Under the pieces are notes generated by a model, which was not told the DNA's origin, made no database searches, and saw only the letters and a list, made by a program, of their open reading frames with translations. A stretch of 64,000 nucleotides of DNA from a virus (taxonomy: Duplodnaviria; Heunggongvirae; Uroviricota; Caudoviricetes): IMG/VR virus record IMGVR_UViG_3300045988_155182; one strand, given 5' to 3'. A program made the translations under genes and the position numbers. This document shows, piece by piece, positions 17,871 through 27,700 of this stretch. Numbering within the stretch: position 1 is the stretch's first letter; every line of letters starts with the position of its first letter.

Positions 17871-18758
17871 ATGAATCTGTGGCAAATGCTTTTGGCCCGT
17901 CGTGGTCTGATGGATGTCGCTGAAGCGCATGAGCGTGGAGGCGCTGGCGGTGTAGCTGCTGATAATGAGCAGAGTACACAAGATCCTGACAAACAGGGTG
18001 AACAAAAAGAGCAGCCGAAGGGCGATGACGAATACGCTGGCATGACTCAGGAAGAGTTACTGGCCGAACTTCGTAAAACCAAGAAAGCTGGTGCTGAACT
18101 GCTGAAGGAGAACATGAAGCGCAAAGAGAAAGAGCGCACATTGGCCGATCAGCTTGCTCAGTACGGTGATATCGATCCGGCTCGTGCTCGCCAGCTTTTA
18201 GAAGCTGAACAGGCCGCAGAAAACGCACGTCGTGAGGCGGAGCAAGCTGAACTGGAGCGTCGTGGTGAGTTCGATGCTGTTAAAAAACAGATGATCGAAG
18301 CACACCAGGCAGAGCTGGCACAGCGTGACGAACGTTATGCAGCACTGGAAAGTGAAAACGCATCACTGAAATCTCAATTAGTCGAGATGACCGTGGGCGC
18401 TTCCTTCAGTAACTCTCTCTTCCTACGTGACAAAGTTCTGATGACCCCGGCAAAAGCCCGCGTGATCTACGGTTCTCATTTTGAAGTGGGTGAAGACGGT
18501 AGCGTAGTGGGTTATGACAAACCGGCAGGTCACAAAGAACGAGCTGTTCTGGTTGACGGTGAAGGTAAGCCGTTGCCGTTTGAATCCGCGATTGAACGCA
18601 TTGTGCGGGCAGATCCGGAAGCTGACGCATTGATGCGTAGCGAAGCCAAGCAGGGTGTAGGCTCACATTCCAAATCGACCTACACAATATCCCAACCGAA
18701 GAACAAGTCGACTATGGATAAGTTGGCCTCCGGTCTGGGGAAAATTGGACTTAAGTAA
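17871..18758 (+). CDS. Head scaffolding protein (charged, coiled-coil-like)
   Basis: Position between portal and capsid; E/K/A/R-rich helical composition. Confidence 0.55.
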   Translation: MNLWQMLLARRGLMDVAEAHERGGAGGVAADNEQSTQDPDKQGEQKEQPKGDDEYAGMTQEELLAELRKTKKAGAELLKENMKRKEKERTLADQLAQYGDIDPARARQLLEAEQAAENARREAEQAELERRGEFDAVKKQMIEAHQAELAQRDERYAALESENASLKSQLVEMTVGASFSNSLFLRDKVLMTPAKARVIYGSHFEVGEDGSVVGYDKPAGHKERAVLVDGEGKPLPFESAIERIVRADPEADALMRSEAKQGVGSHSKSTYTISQPKNKSTMDKLASGLGKIGLK

Positions 18759-18783
18759 CATCTAAATCAAAGGGAATTGATAG

Positions 18784-19659
18784 ATGCCATTACTGCGTGA
18801 AGAAGCTGAAAAGCTGTCTAACAACGAACTTGAACAGGGTGTGATCGAAACTATCATCGATCGCGATGACCTGTTTGCCATCCTGCCTTTTATGAAAATT
18901 AATTCAAAGGCATATCTGTACAACCGTGAAAAAACGCTGAGTGAAGCTACCTTCATCGACGTTAACGACACCATCCCTGAAGGTGCAGCAACCTTCGAAG
19001 AATGCGTTGCGAAACTGCGTATTCTGGCTGGTGACGTAGACGTTGATAAATTCCTGGCGACCACTATGGCCGACACCAACAACCAGTTGGCTATTCAGGT
19101 TCGTCAGAAAGTTAAAGGTCTGGCTCGTGCGTTCCGTCGCAACCTGATTTTGGGTGACTCCAGCTCCAACAACAAGGCGTTTGACGGCATTCCACGCCTG
19201 ATGCACGCAGATCAGAAGATCGATATCGCCGGTGCATCTATGACTTTCTCTATGTTCGACGAACTGGTCGATGCGGTGAAAGATCTTGGTGCTGACTGCA
19301 TCATGATGCGTTCAGAGCACCTGCGTGCTTACCGTGCGCTGCTGCGTACAGTAAACGTAGGTCCGTCTGAAATCATGATGGAGAACTTCGGTCGTCCGAT
19401 GCTGTGTCATAACGGCGTTCCGTTCATCATCAACGACTTCATCCCGACCGATTCTGGCAAAGCAAGCATCTACTGCCTGCATCTGTCAGAAGAGAACGGC
19501 GTTACTGGTCTGTATGGCGGCGACAACGCAGGTATCGTTGTTGAAAACATTGGTACTGTACAGAACAAAGACGCAGTACGTACCCGTGTGAAGTGGTACT
19601 GCTCTCTGGCGAATAAGCACGATAAGGCTATCGCTGCACTGACCAATGTAAAAATTTAA
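18784..19659 (+). CDS. Major capsid protein (291 aa)
   Basis: Position; followed by a strong terminator. Confidence 0.7.
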   Translation: MPLLREEAEKLSNNELEQGVIETIIDRDDLFAILPFMKINSKAYLYNREKTLSEATFIDVNDTIPEGAATFEECVAKLRILAGDVDVDKFLATTMADTNNQLAIQVRQKVKGLARAFRRNLILGDSSSNNKAFDGIPRLMHADQKIDIAGASMTFSMFDELVDAVKDLGADCIMMRSEHLRAYRALLRTVNVGPSEIMMENFGRPMLCHNGVPFIINDFIPTDSGKASIYCLHLSEENGVTGLYGGDNAGIVVENIGTVQNKDAVRTRVKWYCSLANKHDKAIAALTNVKI

Positions 19660-19669
19660 TCAGTGAAGT

Positions 19670-19685
19670 AGATAAGTAATTATCT
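19670..19685. repeat. AGATAAGTAATTATCT palindrome
   Basis: Seen directly. Confidence 0.5.
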
Positions 19686-19693
19686 ATGTTAAA

Positions 19694-19720
19694 GGGTGGG
19701 CTATACGCCCACCCTTTTTG
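19694..19720 (+). terminator. Rho-independent terminator (gggtgggc-tatac-gcccaccc + TTTTT)
   Basis: Perfect 8 bp GC stem plus T-run after the capsid gene. Confidence 0.7.
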
Positions 19721-19732
19721 TAGGAGCGAGAA

Positions 19733-20653
19733 ATGCCAGAACAAAAGATGAAGATTACGGAAGAGGCATTTTCGGATTTTACGGGGCATATGTGCCGTGC
19801 CGGATTTACCAATTCTATCTCCGATGAACCTTTAACCGAGCGACAACAAAGTCAGCTATCTGCTTGTTTGCAGGCGGTTCCCTTCTCCCAATCCGTAAAC
19901 ATAACCCCGGCTTCACCGTCAGTTTTGGTTGGGAAAACTGTTCAACTTAGTGCAGGTATTACTATGGGTAAGAGTGCCAGTTCATTCACCTGGAAGTCAG
20001 CCAATGACCAAATTGCAACCGTTAACGGCACTGGATTAGTAACTGGCGTAGCACCAGGCAAAGTAAAAATTACTGCAACTGATCAGGAAACCCAGCTTTC
20101 CGCTTCAGTGGAAGTCACCGTAAATCCGGTAGCCGTTCAATCCGTAACGGTAACGCCAGAATCAACGTCTGTTGAGAAAGGGAAATCAGTCAGTCTGAAA
20201 GCGAATGTTCAGCCGTCAAATGCGACGAATAAGGCTGTTACCTGGTCTTCCAAAAATGAAGATAAGGCAACGGTAGACCAGAGCGGGAACGTTACTGGTG
20301 TAGAAGTTGGCACTGCGACGATTGAGATCGTTTCCCAAGATGGCAGCAAAAAGGGAACTGCAACGGTGGAAGTAACTGCGCCTGTTGTGGCTGTTACCGG
20401 CGTCGAAATCGACCCAAATAGCACAACCGTTGAGGCAAACAAAACTGTTCAGCTGACCGCAAATGTCGAGCCGGCAGGAGCAACAAATAAAACCGTTACT
20501 TGGGAATCCAAAAATACCGAGTTTGCAACGGTGGATAGCGAAACCGGTGTTGTAACTGGCGTTGCGGCTGGTACTGCCACAATCGAGGTTACTACCCAAG
20601 ATGGTAGCCACAAAGCGACAGCGACCGTAGAAGTCACTGCTGCACAGGAATAA
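19733..20653 (+). CDS. Ig-like (BIG2-type) repeat protein, probable head decoration/surface protein
   Basis: Three repeats of about 90 aa with the TVQL..A.V.P..AT.K.VTW.S.....ATVD..G.VTGV..GTATI pattern. Confidence 0.65.
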   Translation: MPEQKMKITEEAFSDFTGHMCRAGFTNSISDEPLTERQQSQLSACLQAVPFSQSVNITPASPSVLVGKTVQLSAGITMGKSASSFTWKSANDQIATVNGTGLVTGVAPGKVKITATDQETQLSASVEVTVNPVAVQSVTVTPESTSVEKGKSVSLKANVQPSNATNKAVTWSSKNEDKATVDQSGNVTGVEVGTATIEIVSQDGSKKGTATVEVTAPVVAVTGVEIDPNSTTVEANKTVQLTANVEPAGATNKTVTWESKNTEFATVDSETGVVTGVAAGTATIEVTTQDGSHKATATVEVTAAQE

Positions 20654-20697
20654 TCAATATTGGGCGGCGAAAGCCGCCCATGTAGAGAGAATGCGTT

Positions 20698-21132
20698 ATG
20701 AAACCAGCAAAAATTGTTTTATTAGAACCGCAATTTTCCGGTTATTCGGGAATGTTGTGCGGCGTTCAGTTCGAGAACGGGGTGTCCGTAGCGGAGTTGC
20801 CTTTTATCGATCAGCAAAGGATTTGTGCCTCAATGCGAGCATCAACAGTCGAGGGCAAAAATGTTTCTCCGTCTGCCGCATACAGTGATCGTGGCGAGCT
20901 GACCGCAGACCTGATTACCGAGCCAGCAGCACCTGACATTGTGCCAATGAAACGTGGGACACCAGATGAACCGGCCAAACAGATCCAGACTTTCACACGA
21001 GAAGAGTTGGAGTCAATTGCAGACAATGAAGGCATTGCCGGTCTACGTGTGATTGGTAATCAGGTTGGTGTCAAAGCGAAAGGAATTGTCGAGATGATTG
21101 AAGGCATCCTGAAAGCACAAGGCGGTGAGTAA
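20698..21132 (+). CDS. Hypothetical head-associated protein (144 aa)
   Basis: ORF track; position. Confidence 0.45.
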   Translation: MKPAKIVLLEPQFSGYSGMLCGVQFENGVSVAELPFIDQQRICASMRASTVEGKNVSPSAAYSDRGELTADLITEPAAPDIVPMKRGTPDEPAKQIQTFTREELESIADNEGIAGLRVIGNQVGVKAKGIVEMIEGILKAQGGE

Positions 21133-21965
21133 TGGCGCAGATCGACTCGTATCGTAGCGGTGAAGCTGTTTCCCTTTCATTTGCCTTCAACGTGCTGGAT
21201 ATCGAATCTGCTACCTACACAGTAAAGGACAGCACCGGGGCTATTCTCGTTGATGGCGAGCCGCTAGAAATTACCAGCGGTCAAATGTCGATTCCGGTTG
21301 TCGTGTCGGCTGAATATAACCAGCTCTCTGAGAAAGAACGCGATCTGCGGTACGTCATTGTGAAGGCTGTTGCATCGGGTCTGACGCATGAAGAGCGGCA
21401 AATGTATGTTCTGCTGAATAGTTTTGAACTGTCGATACCAGAACAGTCGTTTGCAACTGTCGCTGATGCTCAAATGCAGGCGATCGATATGCTGAATGGG
21501 GACACTTTGCTGTCGGATGGTGAAGGCTTAATGCGCAAGCGTCTCATTGAGGCTACCAGACGAATTAAAACTTTACCGTTCTCAATCCGCAAAATTCTAC
21601 GTATCGACTTTGACCGATACGATCGCCCTCAAAATATGCTGAATGTGTATGACATTCCGTGGGGAGCAGATGGAGCGTACCGGCATGATTTAGTCGATTG
21701 GGAAAAGATGACGCAGGAGAAGTTTGAAGAGTTCCCTGACTACTTCAAAGAAGCGTTGATGCTTGCCGTTGTCAACGAAGCGTGTGAGATCGCAAATGGC
21801 AATGATGTTGCCGCAGCACGAGAGGATGGCATTTTGTCAGAGTCAATCGGTGAAACAACCAACATGTACCGTACCGGTAAAGCTGCAAACGTTCATGTGG
21901 CTCGCAGTACCTGGCGCTTGCTGGTCAGTTACATCAACAACCGTATGATTGTTCGCCGTGCGTAA
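21132..21965 (+). CDS. Hypothetical structural protein (277 aa)
   Basis: ORF track; ATG overlaps the upstream stop. Confidence 0.45.
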   Translation: MAQIDSYRSGEAVSLSFAFNVLDIESATYTVKDSTGAILVDGEPLEITSGQMSIPVVVSAEYNQLSEKERDLRYVIVKAVASGLTHEERQMYVLLNSFELSIPEQSFATVADAQMQAIDMLNGDTLLSDGEGLMRKRLIEATRRIKTLPFSIRKILRIDFDRYDRPQNMLNVYDIPWGADGAYRHDLVDWEKMTQEKFEEFPDYFKEALMLAVVNEACEIANGNDVAAAREDGILSESIGETTNMYRTGKAANVHVARSTWRLLVSYINNRMIVRRA

Positions 21966-22044
21966 CGCCAGTCGCATTATTTACTTTTGGTCGAAAGGGT
22001 TTTTGGCCAGTAATGAGAGCGACCGACAACAACAGAGAGAGAGC

Positions 22045-22389
22045 ATGAATATTTCGTGGCAAACAGAAATTGCGATCTACCGCTTTGGCGCAAAGAACGT
22101 TTACGGCGAGGCGCAATTACAATTCGTCAGGAAGACGAATGTCGGCGTGGTTAAGTTCGAACAGAGTAATGAGAAATCGTCAGTTCGTGCTGATAGCTCT
22201 GGTAGTCGTGGTAAGGCGAGTCTGGAGCTGTTTGATGCTGTGTTAGTTGTCCCTTTAGAAGCGGCTGTACAACTTGATGATGTGCTGATCCTTGAAGGTC
22301 AAAAATTAAAGGTGTCCAGTGTTCATCGCCGCTGGGGGCTACGAGGAAGACCTGGGCATCTTGAAGTAGGGGCGAATATATGGGTCTGA
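22045..22389 (+). CDS. Hypothetical head-tail joining protein
   Basis: ORF track 21949..22389; internal ATG at 22045 avoids a long overlap with the upstream gene. Confidence 0.4.
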   Translation: MNISWQTEIAIYRFGAKNVYGEAQLQFVRKTNVGVVKFEQSNEKSSVRADSSGSRGKASLELFDAVLVVPLEAAVQLDDVLILEGQKLKVSSVHRRWGLRGRPGHLEVGANIWV

Positions 22390-22853
22390 AATACGATGCG
22401 CATCAGTTCAAACGTGCGGGGAATCGACTCAACAACAGCCAGAAAGCATTTAAGCGATATCTTATCCGGGACATGGAAAAGCTGGCGCGTTTGGTTGAGC
22501 GTCTCAGCCGTGCAATGGCCCCGCTGGAAACCGGATCTCTGGAGACAGCCATCTTTGCCAGAGTGATTAAAGAAGGTTATTCAGGGCTGCGTATTGAGCT
22601 TTCTGTGTCTGGAGCAAAACCACGTCAGGGGCATCCGGGCGTAGAAGTAGGTGACTATGCTAAGTACATGGAGCTGGGTAAATACCGACTCGGTTATCTT
22701 TCTCGAATGAAGAACGTGACAAACCCACCAATTGCCGGTGTTAAACCCCGTGTTGGGCCACACTTTCTGGAAAGAGCGGTGGAAATTAGCGAGAAGCAGT
22801 TCTCAGAAGCGATTCTTGAGGCTGCCAGAAAAGCCGGATTTACGAGAGGTTAA
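22380..22853 (+). CDS. Hypothetical tail completion-type protein (157 aa)
   Basis: ORF track; position. Confidence 0.45.
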   Translation: MGLKYDAHQFKRAGNRLNNSQKAFKRYLIRDMEKLARLVERLSRAMAPLETGSLETAIFARVIKEGYSGLRIELSVSGAKPRQGHPGVEVGDYAKYMELGKYRLGYLSRMKNVTNPPIAGVKPRVGPHFLERAVEISEKQFSEAILEAARKAGFTRG

Positions 22854-22854
22854 T

Positions 22855-23238
22855 GTGTTTATTGAAGCGTTTGCAAGTTTGATGCAGAAGGCAAAGATTG
22901 GCACGGTCGGGACTGACATTTTCTGTCACTACTTGCCTGCCAATGTGAAATCTGGCGTCCTGCTTATTAACCCAAATACCGGCATCAGCATCGATCATGA
23001 GCTACAGGGCTTTTATCACGAATCATTCACAATCATTGTGCGTGGTTCGTCAATTACTACAACGGTTGAGAAAGCCAATAAAATCATTGAGATGTTTCCA
23101 GTAGAGGAAACGGAATCTGGTGGTGTTTATTTTCGACTTGTACGACCGATGGCGATGCCAATCATTTATCCCAAAAATGATGGGGCATTAATAGAAGCAG
23201 GCATTCCTGTTGAATTTGCTGGCTATTTATTGAATTAA
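22855..23238 (+). CDS. Hypothetical structural protein (about 127 aa)
   Basis: ORF track 22732..23238; GTG at 22855 follows GAGAGG and the upstream stop. Confidence 0.4.
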   Translation: MFIEAFASLMQKAKIGTVGTDIFCHYLPANVKSGVLLINPNTGISIDHELQGFYHESFTIIVRGSSITTTVEKANKIIEMFPVEETESGGVYFRLVRPMAMPIIYPKNDGALIEAGIPVEFAGYLLN

Positions 23239-23245
23239 CTCAATT

Positions 23246-23262
23246 GGTAAGTATATACTTAC
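23246..23262. repeat. GTAAGTA-TA-TACTTAC perfect palindrome
   Basis: ggtaagtatatacttac. Confidence 0.55.
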
Positions 23263-23312
23263 TATTAGCGCAATGAATGCGTAGAATTAACGGAAAAAGG
23301 AGTTTTCCATCA

Positions 23313-24059
23313 ATGTCTAATACCCATGTAAAAAACATCAAACTTGGTGCCTGTAAGGTGTCGTTTGGTGGTGTGGATTTGGGTTACACCAAAGGTGGTG
23401 TTCAGGTTGAAGTAGCCACTGAAACGCTGAAAGTCACCGTCGATCAGTTGGGGCAGACCGTAATTTCCGAATTAGTTCAGGGGCGCAACATTACCATCAC
23501 CGCGCCTCTGGCTGAGTCTGTACTCCAAAACATGGTTGACCTGATGCCTGGTTCTACTCTGAGCGAAGATGACAACTCTGTCACGATCACATCTGCACAG
23601 GGCGTTAACCTGATTGATGTGGCGAAGGAGCTGGTTCTGACTCCGCAGGACACCACCGACTATGTGTTGACCATCCCGAAAGCGGCAACCGCGGGCAACT
23701 TCACTATGACCTACCAGTCTGATGATGTTCGTGTGTTCTCTGTTCAGTTCAGCGCATACCCGGATGATGAAGGCGTTCTGGGCAAAATGAGCGGTCCTAA
23801 ACCGGTAAAAACTGTGTCGATCTCACCGGAATCTCCAACCGTAAAAGCTGGAGAAACTGTGCAACTGACAGCCGAAATCACTCCAGCTGATGCCGCAGAC
23901 AAAACCGGTGTTTGGGAATCCGAAGACCAGGAAAAGGCCACGGTAGATCAAACGGGTCTGGTACGTGGTGTGGCGCAGGGTTCTACAAATATCTCCTTCA
24001 CCAGCAATAGCGGTGGTAAGAAGGCAACTAAGTCAGTAACGATTAACCCCGCAGATTAA
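23313..24059 (+). CDS. Major tail tube protein with C-terminal Ig-like domain (lambda gpV-like organisation)
   Basis: ORF track 23277..24059; ATG at 23313 behind AAAAAGGAG; C-terminal BIG2-like segment. Confidence 0.65.
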   Translation: MSNTHVKNIKLGACKVSFGGVDLGYTKGGVQVEVATETLKVTVDQLGQTVISELVQGRNITITAPLAESVLQNMVDLMPGSTLSEDDNSVTITSAQGVNLIDVAKELVLTPQDTTDYVLTIPKAATAGNFTMTYQSDDVRVFSVQFSAYPDDEGVLGKMSGPKPVKTVSISPESPTVKAGETVQLTAEITPADAADKTGVWESEDQEKATVDQTGLVRGVAQGSTNISFTSNSGGKKATKSVTINPAD

Positions 24060-24072
24060 TCAGTAATTAAGC

Positions 24073-24100
24073 AGAGGCTCAGGATGGGCCTCTCTTTTAA
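24073..24100 (+). terminator. Rho-independent terminator (agaggc-loop-gcctct + CTTTTAAAA)
   Basis: Seen directly. Confidence 0.55.
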
Positions 24101-24114
24101 AAGGATTTTAACCA

Positions 24115-24432
24115 ATGACCAAATTACTCGATCTCGATTCCATTCTGCCTCCGAAGAAAAGCATCAAATTTGGCGGTCAGGAATATCCCATCGTTGAAAT
24201 GACGGTAGGTCTGTTCGTTTCCATCAAGCAGATGGAAGGCAAAGATCTCATGAACATGTCTCCTGTTGAGCAAGTGACAGCTTATGCAGATCTGGTTCGT
24301 AAGGTTATCCCTTCAGTACCTGACGAAGTTCTTGAAAAACTGACTGTTCCGCAACTCCAGCAGATCTTCACCTTCGCTATGGAAGTGATTGATGAAGAAA
24401 ACGAAAAAGCGGCTGGCGAAGGGGCAAAGTAA
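24115..24432 (+). CDS. Tail assembly chaperone (gpG-like)
   Basis: Small acidic protein immediately upstream of the tape measure gene. Confidence 0.6.
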   Translation: MTKLLDLDSILPPKKSIKFGGQEYPIVEMTVGLFVSIKQMEGKDLMNMSPVEQVTAYADLVRKVIPSVPDEVLEKLTVPQLQQIFTFAMEVIDEENEKAAGEGAK

Positions 24433-24782
24433 TTTCCCGCGATGAATCCGGGACAAGGACCGTCTCAATAGATCTCGGATTCTATTTCAGTCGTGTAGTT
24501 GCTCACTACGCCGTGTCGCCATTAGAGCTACTGAACGTTCCTCTCACGATGTTCTGGATGCTCAGTCGCAATATAGACCGTCTGCGTGCGGAAGAGGATG
24601 TCCGCAACTTACAAGTCGCTCGTGCGTCCCAGGCGGATGGCGAGGCTGTGAAGGCGTTCATGGAGGGTTTGCAACTCAGGATTGGAAGACCAGTCGTAAC
24701 AGATAAAGTCTACGATCCAAGCCAGGATAAGGCAGACCCTGACGCCAAAGAGCAACTGATGCAAATATTTGGCAGAGGATGA
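24396..24782 (+). CDS. Probable -1 frameshift extension of the tail chaperone (gpGT-like)
   Basis: The -1 frame is open from 24396 to 24782 and overlaps the last 12 codons of the G-like ORF; A-run GAAAAAG at 24403-24409 is a candidate slip site. Confidence 0.4.
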   Translation, partial: RKRKSGWRRGKVISRDESGTRTVSIDLGFYFSRVVAHYAVSPLELLNVPLTMFWMLSRNIDRLRAEEDVRNLQVARASQADGEAVKAFMEGLQLRIGRPVVTDKVYDPSQDKADPDAKEQLMQIFGRG

Positions 24783-24789
24783 CAAGGGA

Positions 24790-27700
24790 ATGTCACAAAA
24801 CGTAGAGTTTATCCTGTCGCTGGAAGACAAACAGTTTACAGCGTCAATCGATCGTGCGGGGAAACTGCTTACTCGATTTGGTGAGCAGGTAACAAAGCCT
24901 GCTCAAAAAATCCAAACCTTTGAACGCTCTTTGGGTTCGGTCGCCCGTATCATTGGCGTTCTGGAAAGCAAGCTCGATTCTACGGCAGATAAACTACAGG
25001 ATGTAGCTGCCGGTTTTGAGCTTGCTTCAGATGCTACGCGTAAAATGCGTGGCAACATCACCAGCCTCAATTCTGGTCTTAAAGCCCTGATTGAGCGCGT
25101 CGATACGACAACTTCTTCAGTAGATAAACTCACCGCGTCATTACGTAAAGTGCAATCAGAGCTAAATGATTTCTCTGATTGGGCGACCTATGCAAGCAAA
25201 AGCGCAAGCCGCTTTGGTACGGAGGTCAAAGAAGCCTCTGCGTCCGTGAGTGGCATGAATACGCGCCTTAATACCACGACGAAGCGACTCAGTAATTGGG
25301 GTGTCACAACGAGTCAGGCTGCCGAGGGACTGAAAAAGGTTCGTGAGCAGATGGACGAAGTTATCGGACGTCAGCAACTGATTAGCAAGCCGGTACGCGT
25401 TCGTACATCTGGAAGTGGCGATGGTGGTAGCGGGCGGCGTAGCGGCGCTTCTGGCCATAGCGGTAAAAGTAACGAAGGAGGTATGTTCTCTGGCCTTCGT
25501 GGCAACATTTTCCTGCTTGGCGAGATCGGAGATGCAGCCAGAACGGTTACTGACATCATGTTTGGGTGGCAGAAGCCTATTGTTGAAGCTGCGGCCGAAA
25601 TGGAACGTATGCGGGTGATGCTTCGAGGGTTGAATAAGGAGAAGTCCAACCCGGGCCAGGCTGCCGCTGATGATATGAAGTACATCGTAGACATGGCGCA
25701 AAATGCGCCGTTCGCGATGCAGGCGTTAACAGATTCCTTCGTGAAGTTTCGTTCTGCTGGCTTAGATCCAACCGATGGTTCTCTGAAGGCGCTGGTGGAC
25801 TCCGTTGCTCGTTTTGGTGGTGATAGTGAGCTGTTGAAACGTGCGGCTGTGGCCGTTCAGCAGATGTCCGGTAAGGGCGTTGTGTCAATGGAAGAGCTAC
25901 GTCAGCAATTAGGTGAAGCCGTTCCTAACGCGATGCAGGCAATGGCAGACGCAGCAGGCATCACTATGGGGGAACTGACTAAAGCCGTTGCCAGCGGTAC
26001 GGTTGAGGCAAAACAGGCGTTGTCTCTGATGTTTGTTGGTCTGCGTGCGGAGAATGAGAACGCAGCGAAAGACATGATGCAAACCTACACAGGTGCGCTG
26101 GCGCAACTTCAGACGTCATTCACGTTATTTGCTGATCGGGTTGGTCAGGCCGGATATCTGGATTCTCTATCGAAGGGGATGAAAGAACTGGCTTCAATCA
26201 TGAATAGCGCCGAAGGGATTTCGTTTGCCAATTCTTTAGGCTCGGGGTTAACGACGGCAATCGATGGGTTGCGTCAGCTTGCTCAATGGTTAGCAAAGAA
26301 CCAAGAGCTGGTAATTAATCTCGGTAAGGTCGTGGCCGCGATGGTTGCGTTCAAACTGATGCGAGCAGGGATCATGGGGGTAGTTGGCGCAGGCAGCCAG
26401 ATGGTTAGCACCTTTGCCACGATGGCGACCGCCATACAGACTCCATTTAACCTCGGCGCTACAGCAGTAACCCGATTCAATCGTGCGGCACGTATGGGGC
26501 TGGCTCCGATCCCCTCTCTTATTTTCGCCATCCGTGGGGCGATTACGGGGCTTAAAGGCGCTTTTGCTGGATTAACGGCGTTCATTGCGGCAAACCCTAT
26601 AGGGGCAGCATTTACAGTCGCCACTGTAGCTGTTGCTGGCCTAATCACGTACATGACCATGCTCCGCAGCGAAACTTCAAAGGTCGTTGACGAGATTAGG
26701 AAAATACCAGAGGCGATGACGGCGGCCAAACGTGCACAAATGGCCGACCGCGCAGAAAAGCTCGAAAAGCAGATTCTTGCTGATCAACGAGCATTAAAAA
26801 CTGGTGAGGGTGTTAATTACGTATCTAACTCTGCCGGTGTTATTACTCACAAAGAGTCGAAGGCTGACATCGAAGCACGCCTGAAAAAAAATCAGGAAGA
26901 GTATCAAAAGATAACCGGCACGATAGCTCTTGGTGACGGCGCTGTAGCAAAGCGTTTGGCTAAAGAGGCTGCCGAATCTCAGATTGAGAAAATTCGAGCG
27001 GAAAACCAGATTTTCGCGGCAACATTCGTGAAAGCCCGGCAGGAGGCTCTGGATAAGATCCAGAAAATCAATGATGACGGTTCACTTTCAGATGACGAAA
27101 AGAACAAGCTATTGGCACCGTTACGTGAAACGGTAAACAAAAGCTATCTGGAGCCTGCGCAAAAACTGGTTGATTCACTTTCTTCTCGTAAGAATGCGAC
27201 CGAGAAGCAAATTGCGACTCTTAATGATCAGCTTGAAAAAGCCAAAAAGGATGGAAATACCGAGCAGATCCAGAAACTGCAAGGCAGTATTCGTGGTTAT
27301 CAGGAGCATTTGGAAGCCGTTGCTCAGGAGCTGACTCAGGCAGAGTTCGAGAGAGATAACGCGGCCAAAACTGGTAAGGGCGTAATGTCAAACCAGGGGA
27401 CTGTTCTTGGGTTAGGTACAACTGATAAAGCTGCTCAGAAGGCGCTGGCGCAATATATGCGAAACCAGATGGATTCTGCGACTTATCAGCGTACTTTGCC
27501 TGACGGCACTCCGATGATGGACTTCGAAGGTAAGCCGATTATTGGGCCTAAACAACTCAAGACGCAGCTTAATTTGCAGAAAGCATCCAGTGCCAGCTCT
27601 CTGGAGAAAATGAGCGATGAAGAGCGTGCCGCAGCCATTGCTGCACTGACTAAAGCTCGTGAACAGGATGCAGCAGCTGCCGAGAAAGCAGCCCAACGAT

